Origin: Octopus vulgaris
Taxonomy: Eukaryota
Assembly: GCA_951406725.2 (NCBI GenBank)
Contig: OX597824.1
Location: 26,350,001 to 26,414,000 of the forward strand
DNA: 64,000 nt
Direction: 5' to 3'
Positions 15,258 through 29,356 of this stretch are shown in pieces (the stretch's first letter is position 1; the number at the start of each line of letters is the position of its first letter). The notes below the pieces were generated by a model. The model was not told the origin of the DNA, did not search any database, and saw only the letters and a list, made by a program, of their open reading frames with translations. The position numbers and the translations under genes are program-made.

Positions 15258-16973
15258 ATGGCAAAGGACAAACAAAAGAAACCTCAGGTAATTAAGATAA
15301 TCAATCTCTCAAACAAAGAACTTACACCTAACGAAATAAGCATACTCTCCAAAGGACTTAAATTTACACCCACCCCACAACGTTCTAATTATTATGAAAT
15401 GAAAGATGATATTTCGGAATTTTGCAGAAAACTAAGACTCACCGAGGCATTTCAAGACAAACAAATAGAGGAGGACTCAATAGCTAGAAACAAGAGCAAT
15501 TACACTCCCACCAAAGGTAAGAATAAAGCCTTAGACCGCTATTGTGACTACATAACTAATTTCCCGTTTCAATTCATCAAGAAACAAAAACACAGCCCTA
15601 ACTTCAACAAAAGAGAATGGCACGACCTCATCAAACTAAGAGAAGACAAAACAATAACAATTAAGGAGGCAGATAAGGGCAACGCGATAGTAATAATGAA
15701 TACAAACAATTATAAAAATTTAGTGCTATCCCTATTAAGAGATGAAACGTATTATGAAAGGGCCCAACAGTATAACCAGCAAAAAATAATGCATAACCTT
15801 AGGAGATTAATCAAGACATACCAAGAAGGACTCACGAACAAGGAGTATGAATACATCACTAACTTCAAATGCAAATCGAGTTTGTTCTATGGTATCCCTA
15901 AGGTACACAAAAGCCAAACCATTAGAGAAACGTGCAAAACATCCACCGACACACTCATCAAAATCCCTTCACCAAATGATCTTAAACTAAGACCGATAAT
16001 AGCAGGGCCAGCATGTGAAACTCACCGCCTCAGCAATTTCTTAGACACACTTCTTAAACCTTTCCTAAAACACATCAAAAGCTACGTAAGAGACGATATA
16101 GATATGCTCAACCACCTCCCTAAAACAGTCAATGAGAAAACCCTTCTAGTATCATTCGACGTAGTTAATCTTTATTCTAACATCCCTCACAACCTAGGAA
16201 TAGAAGCGATCACCTTCTGGCTGAATAACTACCCCTTTGAACTCCCAACTCGCATAAACAAAGACCTTATAATAGAAGGACTTAGATTCATTTTAGAGAA
16301 CAATTATTTTATTTTTGACAATGATTTCTACAGGCAAAGATCGGGAACAGCGATGGGCACGCGTACTGCACCATCTTTTGCCAACCTAGTGATGGGATAC
16401 CTCGAGAAAATACTATACCGGATGACACTCGAGAAATATGGAAACACCTTCGCCACCTATATCCATAACAACTGGAAAAGATACCTCGATGACTGTTTCA
16501 TCATCTGGGACAAAGGCATAGAGAAACTTGAGGAATTTAAAATTCTATTAAATGGAATAAATGACAATATACAATTCACGATGGACCACAACGAAAAAGA
16601 ATTACCATTTTTAGACATCCTCATTAAGAAAACCGGCAACAAAATAGAGACAGATATCTACTATAAACCGACAGACTCTAAACAGTACCTACCCTTTGAT
16701 TCATGCCACCCACGACACACTAGAATGAATGTCCCTTTTTGTTTAGCTAGAAGGATTTGCACCATAATATCAGACACAAACACCCGACACACACGTCTCC
16801 AGGAACTTAGAACCACACTCACAAATAGAAACTATCCACAGCCCCTAATAGACAGTGCAATCCAACGGGTACTTAAATTAAGTATAGAAGACCTGAGACA
16901 AACAAAACCAAAAAAGAAAGAACAATTAAAAACCCTTCCCTACATCTCTACACAACAACCCACTCAACAATGA
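15258..16973 (+). CDS. PLE reverse transcriptase (frameshifted from the EN domain near 16955)
   Basis: IINLS..L....LSKGLKF, IKEADKG, YGIPKVHK, LRPII, SFDVVNLYSNI, GTAMG, RYLDD, LPFLD, YYKPT, SCHP motifs typical of PLE RT. Confidence 0.93.
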   Translation: MAKDKQKKPQVIKIINLSNKELTPNEISILSKGLKFTPTPQRSNYYEMKDDISEFCRKLRLTEAFQDKQIEEDSIARNKSNYTPTKGKNKALDRYCDYITNFPFQFIKKQKHSPNFNKREWHDLIKLREDKTITIKEADKGNAIVIMNTNNYKNLVLSLLRDETYYERAQQYNQQKIMHNLRRLIKTYQEGLTNKEYEYITNFKCKSSLFYGIPKVHKSQTIRETCKTSTDTLIKIPSPNDLKLRPIIAGPACETHRLSNFLDTLLKPFLKHIKSYVRDDIDMLNHLPKTVNEKTLLVSFDVVNLYSNIPHNLGIEAITFWLNNYPFELPTRINKDLIIEGLRFILENNYFIFDNDFYRQRSGTAMGTRTAPSFANLVMGYLEKILYRMTLEKYGNTFATYIHNNWKRYLDDCFIIWDKGIEKLEEFKILLNGINDNIQFTMDHNEKELPFLDILIKKTGNKIETDIYYKPTDSKQYLPFDSCHPRHTRMNVPFCLARRICTIISDTNTRHTRLQELRTTLTNRNYPQPLIDSAIQRVLKLSIEDLRQTKPKKKEQLKTLPYISTQQPTQQ

Positions 16974-17557
16974 GGCCTTCAACACCATAATACAAAGCAC
17001 AGCCCTACTAAAGGGAGACCCAAAGATGAACCGGATCCTCGAAACACACACCATCATTAAAAGTAAACGGCAACCAAAATCCTTGAAAAGGATTTTAACC
17101 CAAGCTACACTGCACTCAACATCAACCACAAAACCAGCAGTTAGAAAATGTGGAAGGCCCAACTGCGGAATCTGTTTCATCTTGAAAGAAGGATCAGAAT
17201 TTATACTGGAACAAGGCCACCAGTTCACCATTAGAACAAACTTCACCTGCGCATCAGAAAACTTAATTTACGTCATAACATGCGCAGGCTGCAATAGGCA
17301 GTATATAGGCCATACAAAAAATAGCTTACGTAACAGGATGGCGGTGCATAAATCACAAATTAGAAACCCTGATTACCGCAAAATACCGGTCAGCGGACAC
17401 ATAGATAGATGTGCTGGAAATGTAAATCCGAAATTTACAACTAACACGCTCTATAAATTCAGTGACAACGCAACCTTCACACAACGCCAAAATAAAGAAC
17501 TATATTTCATAAAAAAAAATTTAGACCAAGTTTAAACACCCTGGGCCAGGAATACTA
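16956..17557 (+). CDS. PLE Cys-rich linker and GIY-YIG endonuclease (continuation of the RT ORF)
   Basis: CGRPNCGIC, FTCASENLIYVITCAGCNRQYIGHT..LRNRM..H; removing one A near 16955 restores YISTHNPLNNEAF; an extra A in the run at 17511-17519 disrupts KKFRPSLN. Confidence 0.9.
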
Positions 17558-17725
17558 AAACAAAAGATAAGTCCTCCGAAAGGGAGAAGCGGGGTTCCAC
17601 CACGGCCGCTGCTTCAAACAGACACTCACTCTGACGGAAATATGCCTTAGTAAAAAAGGAAAAAAATTCTTTCGTGCAAATCTGACCCTGATACATACGA
17701 TACAGCTAAGGGTCAGACCCGATTC

Positions 17726-18215
17726 TGATTGGTCAACAAGTTGATGACGTCTAGCTCTGCTAGAATGGACAGGATACAAACAGGGGACAGTCATTAGTCA
17801 GAATATTGATGACGTCCTTTTCTGCTTGAATAGTCACCTAACAAGTACAGACAGGGGGCAGATCTAATGTAGCTATAAGTCGTGATTGGGCAGAATCTGG
17901 ATGACGTCCCGCTCTGCTTGACTAACGAAGCGACTGGTCAAAACAGGAAACAAACAAGAGGCAGATATAATGCAGCGATTGGTCAAAATAATGATGACGT
18001 CCCGTTCTACTTGACTAACGAAGCGACTGGTCAAAACAGGAAACAAACAAGAGGGAGTTATAATGCAGCGATTGGTCAAAATAATGATGACGTCCCGTTC
18101 TACTTGATTAAAGCCACCTAACGAAACGATTGGTCAAAACATTGATGACGTCACGCTACGCTAGATTGACCACCTAACAGGCATTATAAAACCGAGCATT
18201 TCACAAAAACTCACT
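17726..18215 (+). promoter_or_regulatory. Putative pLTR promoter: ~93-bp tandem repeats with ATTGG (inverted CCAAT) + TGACGTC (CRE/ATF), then TATAAAA at 18185
   Basis: ATTGG/ATTAG followed at fixed spacing by GATGACGTC at ~17728, 17793, 17885, 17978, 18071, 18129; full TGACGTCA at 18146. Confidence 0.65.
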
Positions 18216-18530
18216 AGAACCACCCAGCGAACTTCCACCATGGGTCATCACAATTGCTTAAGGTAAAAATGAATTCCTCGCTCTTTCGGAAACATCAATC
18301 TTCTGTATTGACCGCTTTCCACCACTTTGATCTGTTTTTTGTATTGAATACGTATCGCCACCGTGGGCCACTGCATCGAACACTTTGAACATATACTTCA
18401 AACTATATATCAACTATACATGAACTATATATCAACTATACATGAACTCTAAGATGTCTGACTCCGTTGTGTATTATAAATGAATTTCTTGTGTTTGACG
18501 GCATGAGCTGTCTTTTTTTATATATAACTT

Positions 18531-18570
18531 TTTTTGATAAGGTTCATTTCAGGAACTGAAACATGTTATA
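18531..18570 (+). ncRNA. Hammerhead-like motif (type I, U3:A8 core) at the PLE 3' end
   Basis: TTGATAA-GGTTC atttcag GAACT-GAAAC-AT-GTT; palindromic stem III ACATGT; stem I weak. Confidence 0.55.
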
Positions 18571-18629
18571 ATGTATATATAAAAATTAAAAATTGTATAA
18601 TACAGCAGCATTTTCGAACTTAATTTTTT

Positions 18630-18948
<319 letters not shown>

Positions 18949-19322
18949 CCTTGCTATTATATTAAACTGTTGTATGTCCAAATTTGGACAAATGCTTTTT
19001 TTTTCAATATTTAATATTTGACAGCTGCTTCAGATGAAATATTTAATATTTGACAGCTGCTTCAGATGAAAATTGCCAAAGTGTAGTACAACAGTTTAGC
19101 ATTTTTTTCAAAAGTGTAGTAAGTCCCACGTACGACAGTTTTTGCAAAAAATATGTCTGACTGAAAATATTAAAGCATGAAGTTAGGATTTTCTGCACCC
19201 AACAAAGTATTATTGTTAAGCTGAAACTGTTGCTAACGTAAAATGAAATGGAATGGTGAAACTATTTTTTTCGCTTCCTGAAAAAGCAACATTTTGGACT
19301 TATGGCATTTTTGCATAATAGC

Positions 19323-19370
<48 letters not shown>

Positions 19371-19655
19371 TGTGTGTGTTTGCATTTGTCTCTACCACCA
19401 CTTGTTGACTGGTGTTGGTTTGTTTACATCACCGTAACCTAGCGGTTCGGCAATGATACCAATCGAACATATACCAGAAAATAAGATCCAGGCGAAGTTT
19501 TCGGGTTAAACCCTTCAAGGCCCGTGCCCTGGCATGACTGCAGTTCAATGATTGAAACATATATATGATGAAAGATAAAGAAAATGTATACAATCCAAAT
19601 TACTTCATAACTTTATATTTTTTTTATCAACGTGCAAAAACTTATATATTTACAT

Positions 19656-19814
19656 GGAGTGGCTATGTGGTAAGTAGCTTGTTTACCAACCACAAGGTTC
19701 CGGGTTCAGTCCCACTGCGTGGCACCTTGGGCAGGTGTCTTCTACTATAGCCTCGGGTCGACCAAAGCCTTGTGAGTGGATTTGGTAGACGGAAACTGAA
19801 AGAAGCCCGTCGTA

Positions 19815-19878
<64 letters not shown>

Positions 19879-20095
19879 TGTGTGTGTTTGTGTGTCTGTG
19901 TTTGTCCCCCTAGCATTGCTTGATAACCGATGCTGGTGTGTTTATGTCTCCGTTACTTAGCGGTTCGGCAAAAGAGACCGATAGAATAAGTACTGGGCTT
20001 ACAAAAGAATAAGTCCCGGGGTCGATTTACTCGATTAAAGGCGGTGCTCCAGCATGGCCGCAGTTAAATGACTGAAAGAAGTAAAAGAGTAAAAG
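19656..20095 (+). mobile_element. SINE family A, full length
   Basis: Matches family A. Confidence 0.87.
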
Positions 20096-20348
20096 GGATA
20101 TAAAATCTTGAAAAAAAGTTATTAAAAGTTTTTAAATGCTTATAGATGTCAAAAAGTTATTGAATATTCTGAAAGTTGCTTCACAAGCTTTCAATGTTTA
20201 TAAGTCATTTTTTCCATTATACTTCTTCGTCGCTTTATTTTTATACTTTTCCCGTTATATGTTACGGTCTTCCAACAAAAAAAAAAAAAAGTTTTGAAAC
20301 ACAGCACATACCTTGGACAATGGAATCCTCTGCATTCAAACATACGAC

Positions 20349-20392
<44 letters not shown>

Positions 20393-20395
20393 GAA

Positions 20396-20451
<56 letters not shown>

Positions 20452-20988
20452 GTATATATGTAAAGAATAATCCTGGAGAAGACCGCCCTCAGGGTGATGT
20501 TTCTCCTAGTATCACAAAATACTTAAGTTGTATATGCCATACAACATAGAACTACCTGATAGAAAAATGTTTGCAAATACGCATATATATACACACACAC
20601 AAGCAAATTAATCTACACTCATGTTTTTTACATGTCTATACATTTCATAAATATCTATGTGTACATGAAAATTAATATCTGCCGATGAATATTCAACTAC
20701 CGTGTATGTTACACACGCATACACACACACTCACACACACACATGCACATAAACATGTATATATATATATATACACAGAGGCAAAAAGTATCCATTTATA
20801 CATATGCATGTATGTATAACTATGTATTTATGCATAGTTGTATGTATGCATGTATATATATATATACACATACACACACATGTATGTATATGTGTATATA
20901 CACATATATGTATATCTATATATGGATATATATATATTTATTCATATACATGTATGTACATATATACACATATGTATAAATGTACATA

Positions 20989-21102
<114 letters not shown>

Positions 21103-21189
21103 ATTGCACAAATCCAGAAATTTCTAGAAGCAATCTTCTATGACGAATGTGTGGCTTCGTGCCTTTGGCCAGAAGTACTTCTAACGAAC

Positions 21190-21893
21190 ACTGGTGATGG
21201 TGATGGTGATGGCGATGGTGGTGGCAGTGGGCGATGTGATGATGGTCGTAATAGTGTGATTGTGGTAGTGGAAATGGTAGCAGTGGTGGTGGTGGTGGTG
21301 GTGGTGGCGAAAGTGGGGTTAATAGTGACGGAGGCGGCGGCGGCGGCAACGGTGGTGGTGGTATTACTAGCGTTCGTCAGTGTAATAATGACACCGATGG
21401 TGAATGTGATGTCGATGATGGTGGCAATGGTAGTGGTGGTGGTGGTGGTGGCGATAATCGTTGCAATAGCAGTTGTAATAGCTGCACCTATAATAATAAC
21501 AGTGATGATGGTAGTGGTGGTGGTTGTGGTGTTGGTGGTAGTAGTGATGGTGGTGGTGGTGGTGGTTGCTGCTGCGGTAGTGGCAGTAATATTTTGCACC
21601 GTATTCTATGATAGTCTTGCTCCCCCTGGGGCTTTTCTTCGAGTGTGATAAGCCCAAGGAGAATTAACTAGAATCTTTGAATTGAGGACTTATTATATTC
21701 ATGGGGCAATTTCCTCCTCCTCCTCCTCCTCCCCCTCCCCTATTTCCCCCTGCTCCTCATTCTCTCGAGTCCTCTTCCTTATTGTCTCTCCCTTGCTCAT
21801 CGTCCTCCCCACCACCTTCCAGCTTCATGTCTCTCCCCGTAAGAAAACAACTACAAAGAGAAAGAACAAATGCTACTGCTAGCTGCTGCTGCA

Positions 21894-21987
<94 letters not shown>

Positions 21988-22180
21988 ATGATGATGCTGC
22001 TGCTGTCACCGCTACCGCCACCACCAGCAGCACTACATGCACCACCACAACTACCACCACCACCATCACCACCACCACCACCACCACCATTACAGCTATC
22101 ATCGTTTCCCCAAGACAACGACAACGACGACGTCGGCGACCATCACCACCACCACCACCACCATCACCGCCATCACTAAC
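21190..22180. repeat. Trinucleotide low-complexity arrays (TGG, CTA, CTG, GAT, CCA)
   Basis: Direct. Confidence 0.9.
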
Positions 22181-23354
22181 TACACTCATCTGTATTATTA
22201 GTTACATTTTGTATTGTTTAATCAAGGAGAGAGGATTTGCACTCACGACCCTTTATTTTATTTTCAGAGCATTCTAGGACGATGGCTGGAAGGGAGGAAA
22301 TGCTCCCAAAGCAAAGACGAGAAAATGCTCCCAAAGCAAAGACGAGATCTGAGTGCTTGCAACAGAGCGAGCCGCTGAATTATCAAATAACAAACCATCT
22401 GAAACAGTTGAGATTAACAACGCAAGGGTAAATACAAATGCAGGCTTCCCTAACGAGTCATACAATGCAGAGGTAATTATCTACGAAGCAGAAGTCATCT
22501 CCATTAAATCGAACGGGAAAAATCGTTCGATTTAGTGGAGATATGTACATATATGTTGCAGTGATGGAATGTAAATTTAAACATTGTTTTAATCATATTT
22601 CTTCTATCAGAAATATAGAAGAGAATATTGTAACAAAAGTATCCAGTTACTTCGAGATTTGACACCAAATGAATCGTTTTCGAGAGATACGGACTACTCA
22701 TAAACTGTACAAAAGGTTGCAGGTTATGTACAACTGAAAAATATCTCATATTCAAGAGTCTTTATCAATGTTTAGTCTTATATAAATGTTCGATCGTTAC
22801 CAATTCTCGTTTACGGTAAATATCTACTGAACCACTAAAATATTATTCCACCGTTTGAATGAACGGATACTTGAGAGGAATTCCCTTTTTAGCCTTAACC
22901 GTCTATGAGACACTGTTTGTATTGCAAATCATTTCCTTTTCATTTCTATAATCAAAATCGAATTTTATTTTAAATTCCACCCTTAACATTATTTATATTG
23001 TATAACTCCTTCAGGCCCATAATTTAAACAAACTTTTACACTTTATATTTCGAGTTGAAATAATCTTTTAGTTTTCAATATGAAGAACAGGGTGAGTATT
23101 CAAATCTAAAGTTATTCTCTATTCTTGATACCTTTTCTATCATTTGCAGATGAAAGTTTCGACATCTTTATAGTTCATCAATTTAAGAAATATTAAAGCG
23201 TTTGTCAGAATCAAAAGAATCCGTGTCCGTTCGTTATTATCTATGACAATCATCCACCTTTGGCTTTTGGTTGTGAGCAGAATGACTCGAATACACAAAG
23301 GATGTTGGTCTCCTCTTTACGAAACAACTTCCTCAGTTTCAATGAATTATTCCG

Positions 23355-23431
<77 letters not shown>

Positions 23432-23611
23432 TTTGTGCTTTTTTTGGTGCTTGTTTCAGTCATTGGATTACGACCATACTGTGTTACCACTTTAACGGGT
23501 ATAGTAGAAGGCATAGACAGATAAAACTTACTTGGGAAAGGATGCGTGGCGTCCGATCATATAATGATATAAATAATATATAAATATATGCATATATACA
23601 TATATGTACAT

Positions 23612-23800
23612 ACCTACATATATATGTATATATATACATGCATATATGGGTACAGGACATAAAAAAACGTTGAACAGAATGATAAACGAAAACATAAAAA
23701 CAAAAACAGAATATGTTTTCGTTTCCCATTGTGTTCAACGTTTTTTTGATGTCTTGTACCCATATATGCATATACATATAAATACATATATATGTATGTA
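23612..23800. repeat. Foldback inverted repeat (arms ~23612-23696 / 23712-23800)
   Basis: GCATATATGGGTACAGGACAT..AACGTTGAACA..AAACGAAAACATA pairs with the downstream arm. Confidence 0.85.
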
Positions 23801-23878
23801 TATAAAATATGACCGCGTGTGTACCGTTGGCGATTTTTTTCCTCCGTCTTCCCTTCTTTGGATCTTTCCTTTTCCTAT

Positions 23879-23913
23879 GTTTCTGACGAAGAGCTCCGCT
23901 CGATAGGTTAAAC
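23879..23913 (+). ncRNA. Decayed minimal hammerhead motif in a pLTR-like remnant
   Basis: GTTT-CTGACGA-A-GAGC tcc GCTC-GATAGGTT-AAAC; GAAACGTT differs at two positions. Confidence 0.55.
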
Positions 23914-25199
23914 CCTCTTTCTTTCTTTCCTTTCCTGAGCGTCCAATAACACTATACTTGTTCCACGTCCTCGCGTTGTTGTGTTTTCTCTTTGTGTTTT
24001 CATGTTTGGATTAACCATATATATATATATCTATATACATATATACATATATCACATACATCACAGCTGCATCCTCGTTACACGAGAAAAGCCATTATCA
24101 AGAAGACTTACTGAAATGATTCATGATTGTTGCCATGTGCTGCCCTTATATGACTTTTAAGCCCGCCAGTGTCTTTTGCCGAATCACTAAGTTATGTAGA
24201 GATGAACAAGCCAACACCGGTTTATAAGTTTTTAAATGTTGGCGGGTGGGGGCAATCACAGACAGAAAGACACACACGCACACAAACACACACACATATC
24301 CGACGGGTTTCAACACGGTTTCAGTTTACCAAATTCACTCACAAGGCATTGGTCGGTCTGAAGCTATAGTGAAAGACACTTGCTCGAGATGCTGCAGAGT
24401 AGGACTGAACCTCAAGCCATGTGGTTGCAAGTCGAAATTCTTAACCACACAGCCATGACTTGCATTTACTAATTTTTTTTACCTTTAAGTTGTTTCAGTA
24501 ATTAGAGTGCGGCCATGTTACGGCACCGCCTCGAAGAATTATTAATCGAACTGACGCCAGTACTTATTTGTTTTTAAAGCCTGACACTTATTCTACAGGT
24601 CTGTTTTGCCGAACCGCTAAGTTACGCGGACGTACCTACCTCAACACCGGTTGTCAAGATGTTTAGTGGAAGACACGCACACACACACACACGCGCGCGC
24701 GCGCATATATAGGATGAATTTCTGTCAGTTTCCGCCTACCAAATTCACTCACAAGGCTTTGGTCGGCCCGAGGCTTTAGTAGAGGGTGTCAAACAGTGGG
24801 ACTGAACCCGGAACCATGCGGTTGGGAAGCAAGCTTCTTACCACATAGCCACCCACACCTGGATATTATTTTTTTTTGATTAAGTGCAACATATCTTAAG
24901 CAAGTTTTGTTTTACCCCAAGTAAAGAAAAACAAACAAACAAGAAACTAAAAACACTGCAAAAAAAAAACAACGCAAGGAAAAAACTAAAAGATCCAACT
25001 GATAAGAAAATGTTAATGGGAATAAAAATATTGATTGGTTCACGATGAGAAAATGAATTTAAGTTTAAAATATCTGAAGAAATTAAAAGTCAACTTTCTA
25101 ACTTTGCCCAATTAACAACCCTCGGCGGGATTGCGGCGTTGTTATCTTTCCCTCGTCTCCATGTTGCGACGTTTGCATGTTCCATGTGGCATTACTTTC

Positions 25200-26328
25200 A
25201 TGCATATGTATTTATGTATGTAGGTATCCATGTATGTATGTATGTATGTATGTATGTATGTATGTATGTATGTATGTATGTATGTATGTATGTATGTATG
25301 TATGTATGTATATATGTATGTATGTATGTATATATCCATGTATGTATGTATGTATGTATGTATGTATTTATGTATGTATGTATGTATGCATGCATGCATG
25401 TATGTATGTATGTATGTATGTATGTATGCATGTATGTATGCATGCATGTACGTATGTATGTATGTATGTATGTATGTTTGTATGTATCCATGTATGTATA
25501 CATGCATGTATGTATGTGTATGTATGTATGTATGCATGTATGTATGTATGTATTTATGTATGCATGCATGTATGTATGTATGTATGTATGTATGTATGTA
25601 TGTATGTTTGTATGTATCCATGTATGTATATATGCATGTATGTATGTGTATGTATGTATGTATGTATGTATGTATGTACGGGATGTATGTACGGGATGTG
25701 TCTATGTATGCATTTATGGATGTGTGTATGTATATGTATGAAGTTTTGTACATGTGCTCCCATATGTATGATTGTATGTATGTATGTGCGTACATACGTA
25801 TGTATGTATGTATGTATGTATGCATGCATGCATGTATGTATGCATGTATGTATGTATGTATGTATATTTGTATATATCCATGTATGTATATATGTATGTA
25901 CATATGTATGTATGCATTTATGTCTGTGTGTATGTACGGGATGTGTCAATGTATGCATTTATGGATGTGTGTATGCATATATATGAATTTTTGTACATGT
26001 CCTCATGTATGTATGTATGTATGTGTATGGATGCACGAATATTTGTATGTGTCTATACATCTATGTGTATGTATATGTATGAATATTTGTACATGTGCTT
26101 GTATATGTACATATGTATGTATTATATGTATATATGCATGTGTGTTTGTGTGTTTGTGTGTGTACGGATGTACAAGTTATTGTATATATATATATGTATG
26201 AATCATATATACATGTAGGTATATGTAGGTATATGTATCTATACATGTACGTATACGTACGTGGTTATATATATGTATCTATGCATATATATATATATAC
26301 GTACGTGGTTATATATATGTATCTATGC

Positions 26329-26364
<36 letters not shown>

Positions 26365-26400
26365 GTGTGTGTGTGTGTGTGTGTGTTTGTGTGTATATAT
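25200..26400. repeat. Compound (TATG)n microsatellite array
   Basis: Direct. Confidence 0.92.
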
Positions 26401-26799
26401 ATGCTTATTCATAAAGGAAAAAGATCTATGCTCATATATATTTATATATATATACATACAATTACACACACAAATGCACACACACACACACACACATGGC
26501 TACATACATAGAAAGATACATGTATATATATGTATATGTATATATGTGTGCATATGTGTGTGCGTATGTATTTATACACATGCACACACATATACAAAAT
26601 ATACGAGCGTATGCGGTTTCTTTTGCTACTTTAAATAAATGTGCAACGGATAAAATATAATTTCTTGGGAAATAAAGAAATAAAGAAATAAATGCATAAA
26701 TGCAAAAAAAAAAACCTAAAAGAAACACAAAGCCAACATCAAGAACAACAGTCAGTTAAAAATATTTGAAAATAAATTTAAAAAAATTAAAATAAAATA

Positions 26800-26851
<52 letters not shown>

Positions 26852-27209
26852 GGAAAAATGCGGAGTAAACAAAACGAAAAGAAGCGAATTTAGTTTTTGA
26901 ATGTTTTGTGACAAAACTTAAGATAGTGTTTTATAGTTAAGGGAAATTAACTAAGTTTTCATTCCAATACTATCTCCATTAATGACTAATGTTGAAACAA
27001 CGACAACAATAACAACAGCAGCAGCAGCAGCAACAATATCAGCAGCGTCATTAACAATAACAATAACAACAAGAACAATAACAACAACATCAACATCAAC
27101 AACAGCAAAGGAAAGATAAGGAATCAAATTTATACAATAATCAAAATACAAACTTTCCAAACGTTCATCATTTATACTGCTGCTGCTGCTGCTGTTGCTA
27201 CTACTACTA

Positions 27210-27267
<58 letters not shown>

Positions 27268-27270
27268 ACC

Positions 27271-27331
<61 letters not shown>

Positions 27332-27379
27332 AACTACTACTACTACTACTACTACTACAACCACCACCACCACCACCAT

Positions 27380-27463
<84 letters not shown>

Positions 27464-27796
27464 AACTGCTGCTGTTGCTGCTGCTACTGCTGCTGCTGTT
27501 GCTGTTGTGAAGGTGCGTGGTTTAGTGGTTAGGTTGTTGCACTCGCGATCGCAAGGTGGTAGTTTCGATTTTCGGAGCGTTTGGTGCGTTGCCTTATGTT
27601 CTTGAGTAAAAAAAAAACACTTCATTTCAGGTTGCTCTAATTGACTCAGCTGTAAAATGAGTAATCCTGCGACGAACTTGTATCCCATCCATGCATGCTG
27701 TGGTCTTGGTCACTTAGACTCCACAGAAACCGCGTACTCAGCTCTAGGTGTCCTGGGACTCCGGACAGAATTACAGAATTTACTTACTTACTTACT

Positions 27797-27828
<32 letters not shown>

Positions 27829-29010
27829 GTAGTAGTAGTAGTAGTAGTAGTAGTTGTGCGTGATCTTGTGGGTCTTTGTCATTATATTTGCCTCTGCAAT
27901 GACCTGTCCCTCCTCTCCAGCCTTCATCTGCTCTCTGTATTACAAGAAGGGATAGTATTTCGGAGTACAAAAAAAACAAAACAAATCAAAGATGAAACAA
28001 AAAAAAAAAACAAAAAAAAACAACAAAAGCACAAAAACAAACTTCAGCATCATCCGCTTCTGAGATCGAGTACAATTTGGTCTTCATCATTTCAAAGTAT
28101 CAATCAGATTCGTGGTGTTATTAAAACAAAAGCTTTGAAAAATCTGCTGTTGGTGTAGTTGGTTCTGCTTCGTTCACCGCTCACTCTATTTCTATGACAT
28201 CCCAGCTCCTTAGAGAGCCTTCAAGAAGTTTCTGCTGTCACAAGTATAGCAACTAGGCTTTCTACCATCATTTTTGCGCCCAATATTGAGCACAGGTGAA
28301 GAATAACTTTCTGGTCTGAAGATATCTTAGACCCTTGTAAATTCATGCTTCATTATCGTGATTTATGTAAAATTTCATCACCTCCGCATTTACCGCTCAG
28401 TGCATAATCCGTCAGGTGACAATGAGCCAAAGGTCAATCTAACAATTAATGCTCTATAATGGCAGTTTATTATAATGCAACAAAATGGGCAGAAGGACAT
28501 TTGTGGTTGATCTTTAGTTCGATCTCCACGTTATACTGAAAACCAAGCAGACGACACGTGTGTATAGCTGGCCGAAGTTGATGGGAACAACACCCTTCCT
28601 CATATCGGTTACGTCTACCCACAACTCAGATTTTTGCGGCATAAAAATATCAACGCTCTCGTGTGCTCGCACATACTCGTACGAATGCATGCATATGTAT
28701 CGATACACCTATACGCCAGCTGAATTCAATTCGTCTCCAGTCGAAAGACGCCAGTAGTTATGTCCTGTTATTATTATTATTATTGTTTTTTTGTATCATT
28801 TTTGTATTTATATTCGTGTAACATCGTCCGTTTTTCCGTCCTTGTTTCGTATACATTCGAAGCTTTTTTCCAAGAAATCTAATGGTCTTAGCTTAGATTT
28901 TCCCTGGGGCTGGCCAGATTGGAGCAATCTCAAGATTAAGCTGCCGAAATTGCGTAGATGATCCCGTTCTTGACTGAAAATTAAAGGCCTCGAATGACCT
29001 GTCCGTGTTT

Positions 29011-29048
<38 letters not shown>

Positions 29049-29138
29049 GAGACAGACAGAGAAATCCATATAAATATACATATATATATATATATATGTA
29101 TGTATGTATGTATGTTTGTATGTATGTATGTATGTATG

Positions 29139-29239
<101 letters not shown>

Positions 29240-29283
29240 ATGTAATTTTTATGGATTGCTCACAATCTCTGTCTTTCTCGATA

Positions 29284-29356
<73 letters not shown>

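Larger units (their letters stand above)
15107..18600 (+). mobile_element. Penelope-like retroelement (Neptune-type), 5'-truncated, inserted in (TA)n
   Basis: RT + GIY-YIG ORFs, long 3' region with tandem repeats and HHR-like motif, TA tracts at both ends. Confidence 0.92.

Noticed and set aside
17880-18180. CRISPR-like periodicity
   Set aside because: Whole units repeat with no unique spacers; eukaryotic retroelement UTR
25139-26511. Long MYVC/HTYI ORFs
   Set aside because: (TATG)n microsatellite artefacts
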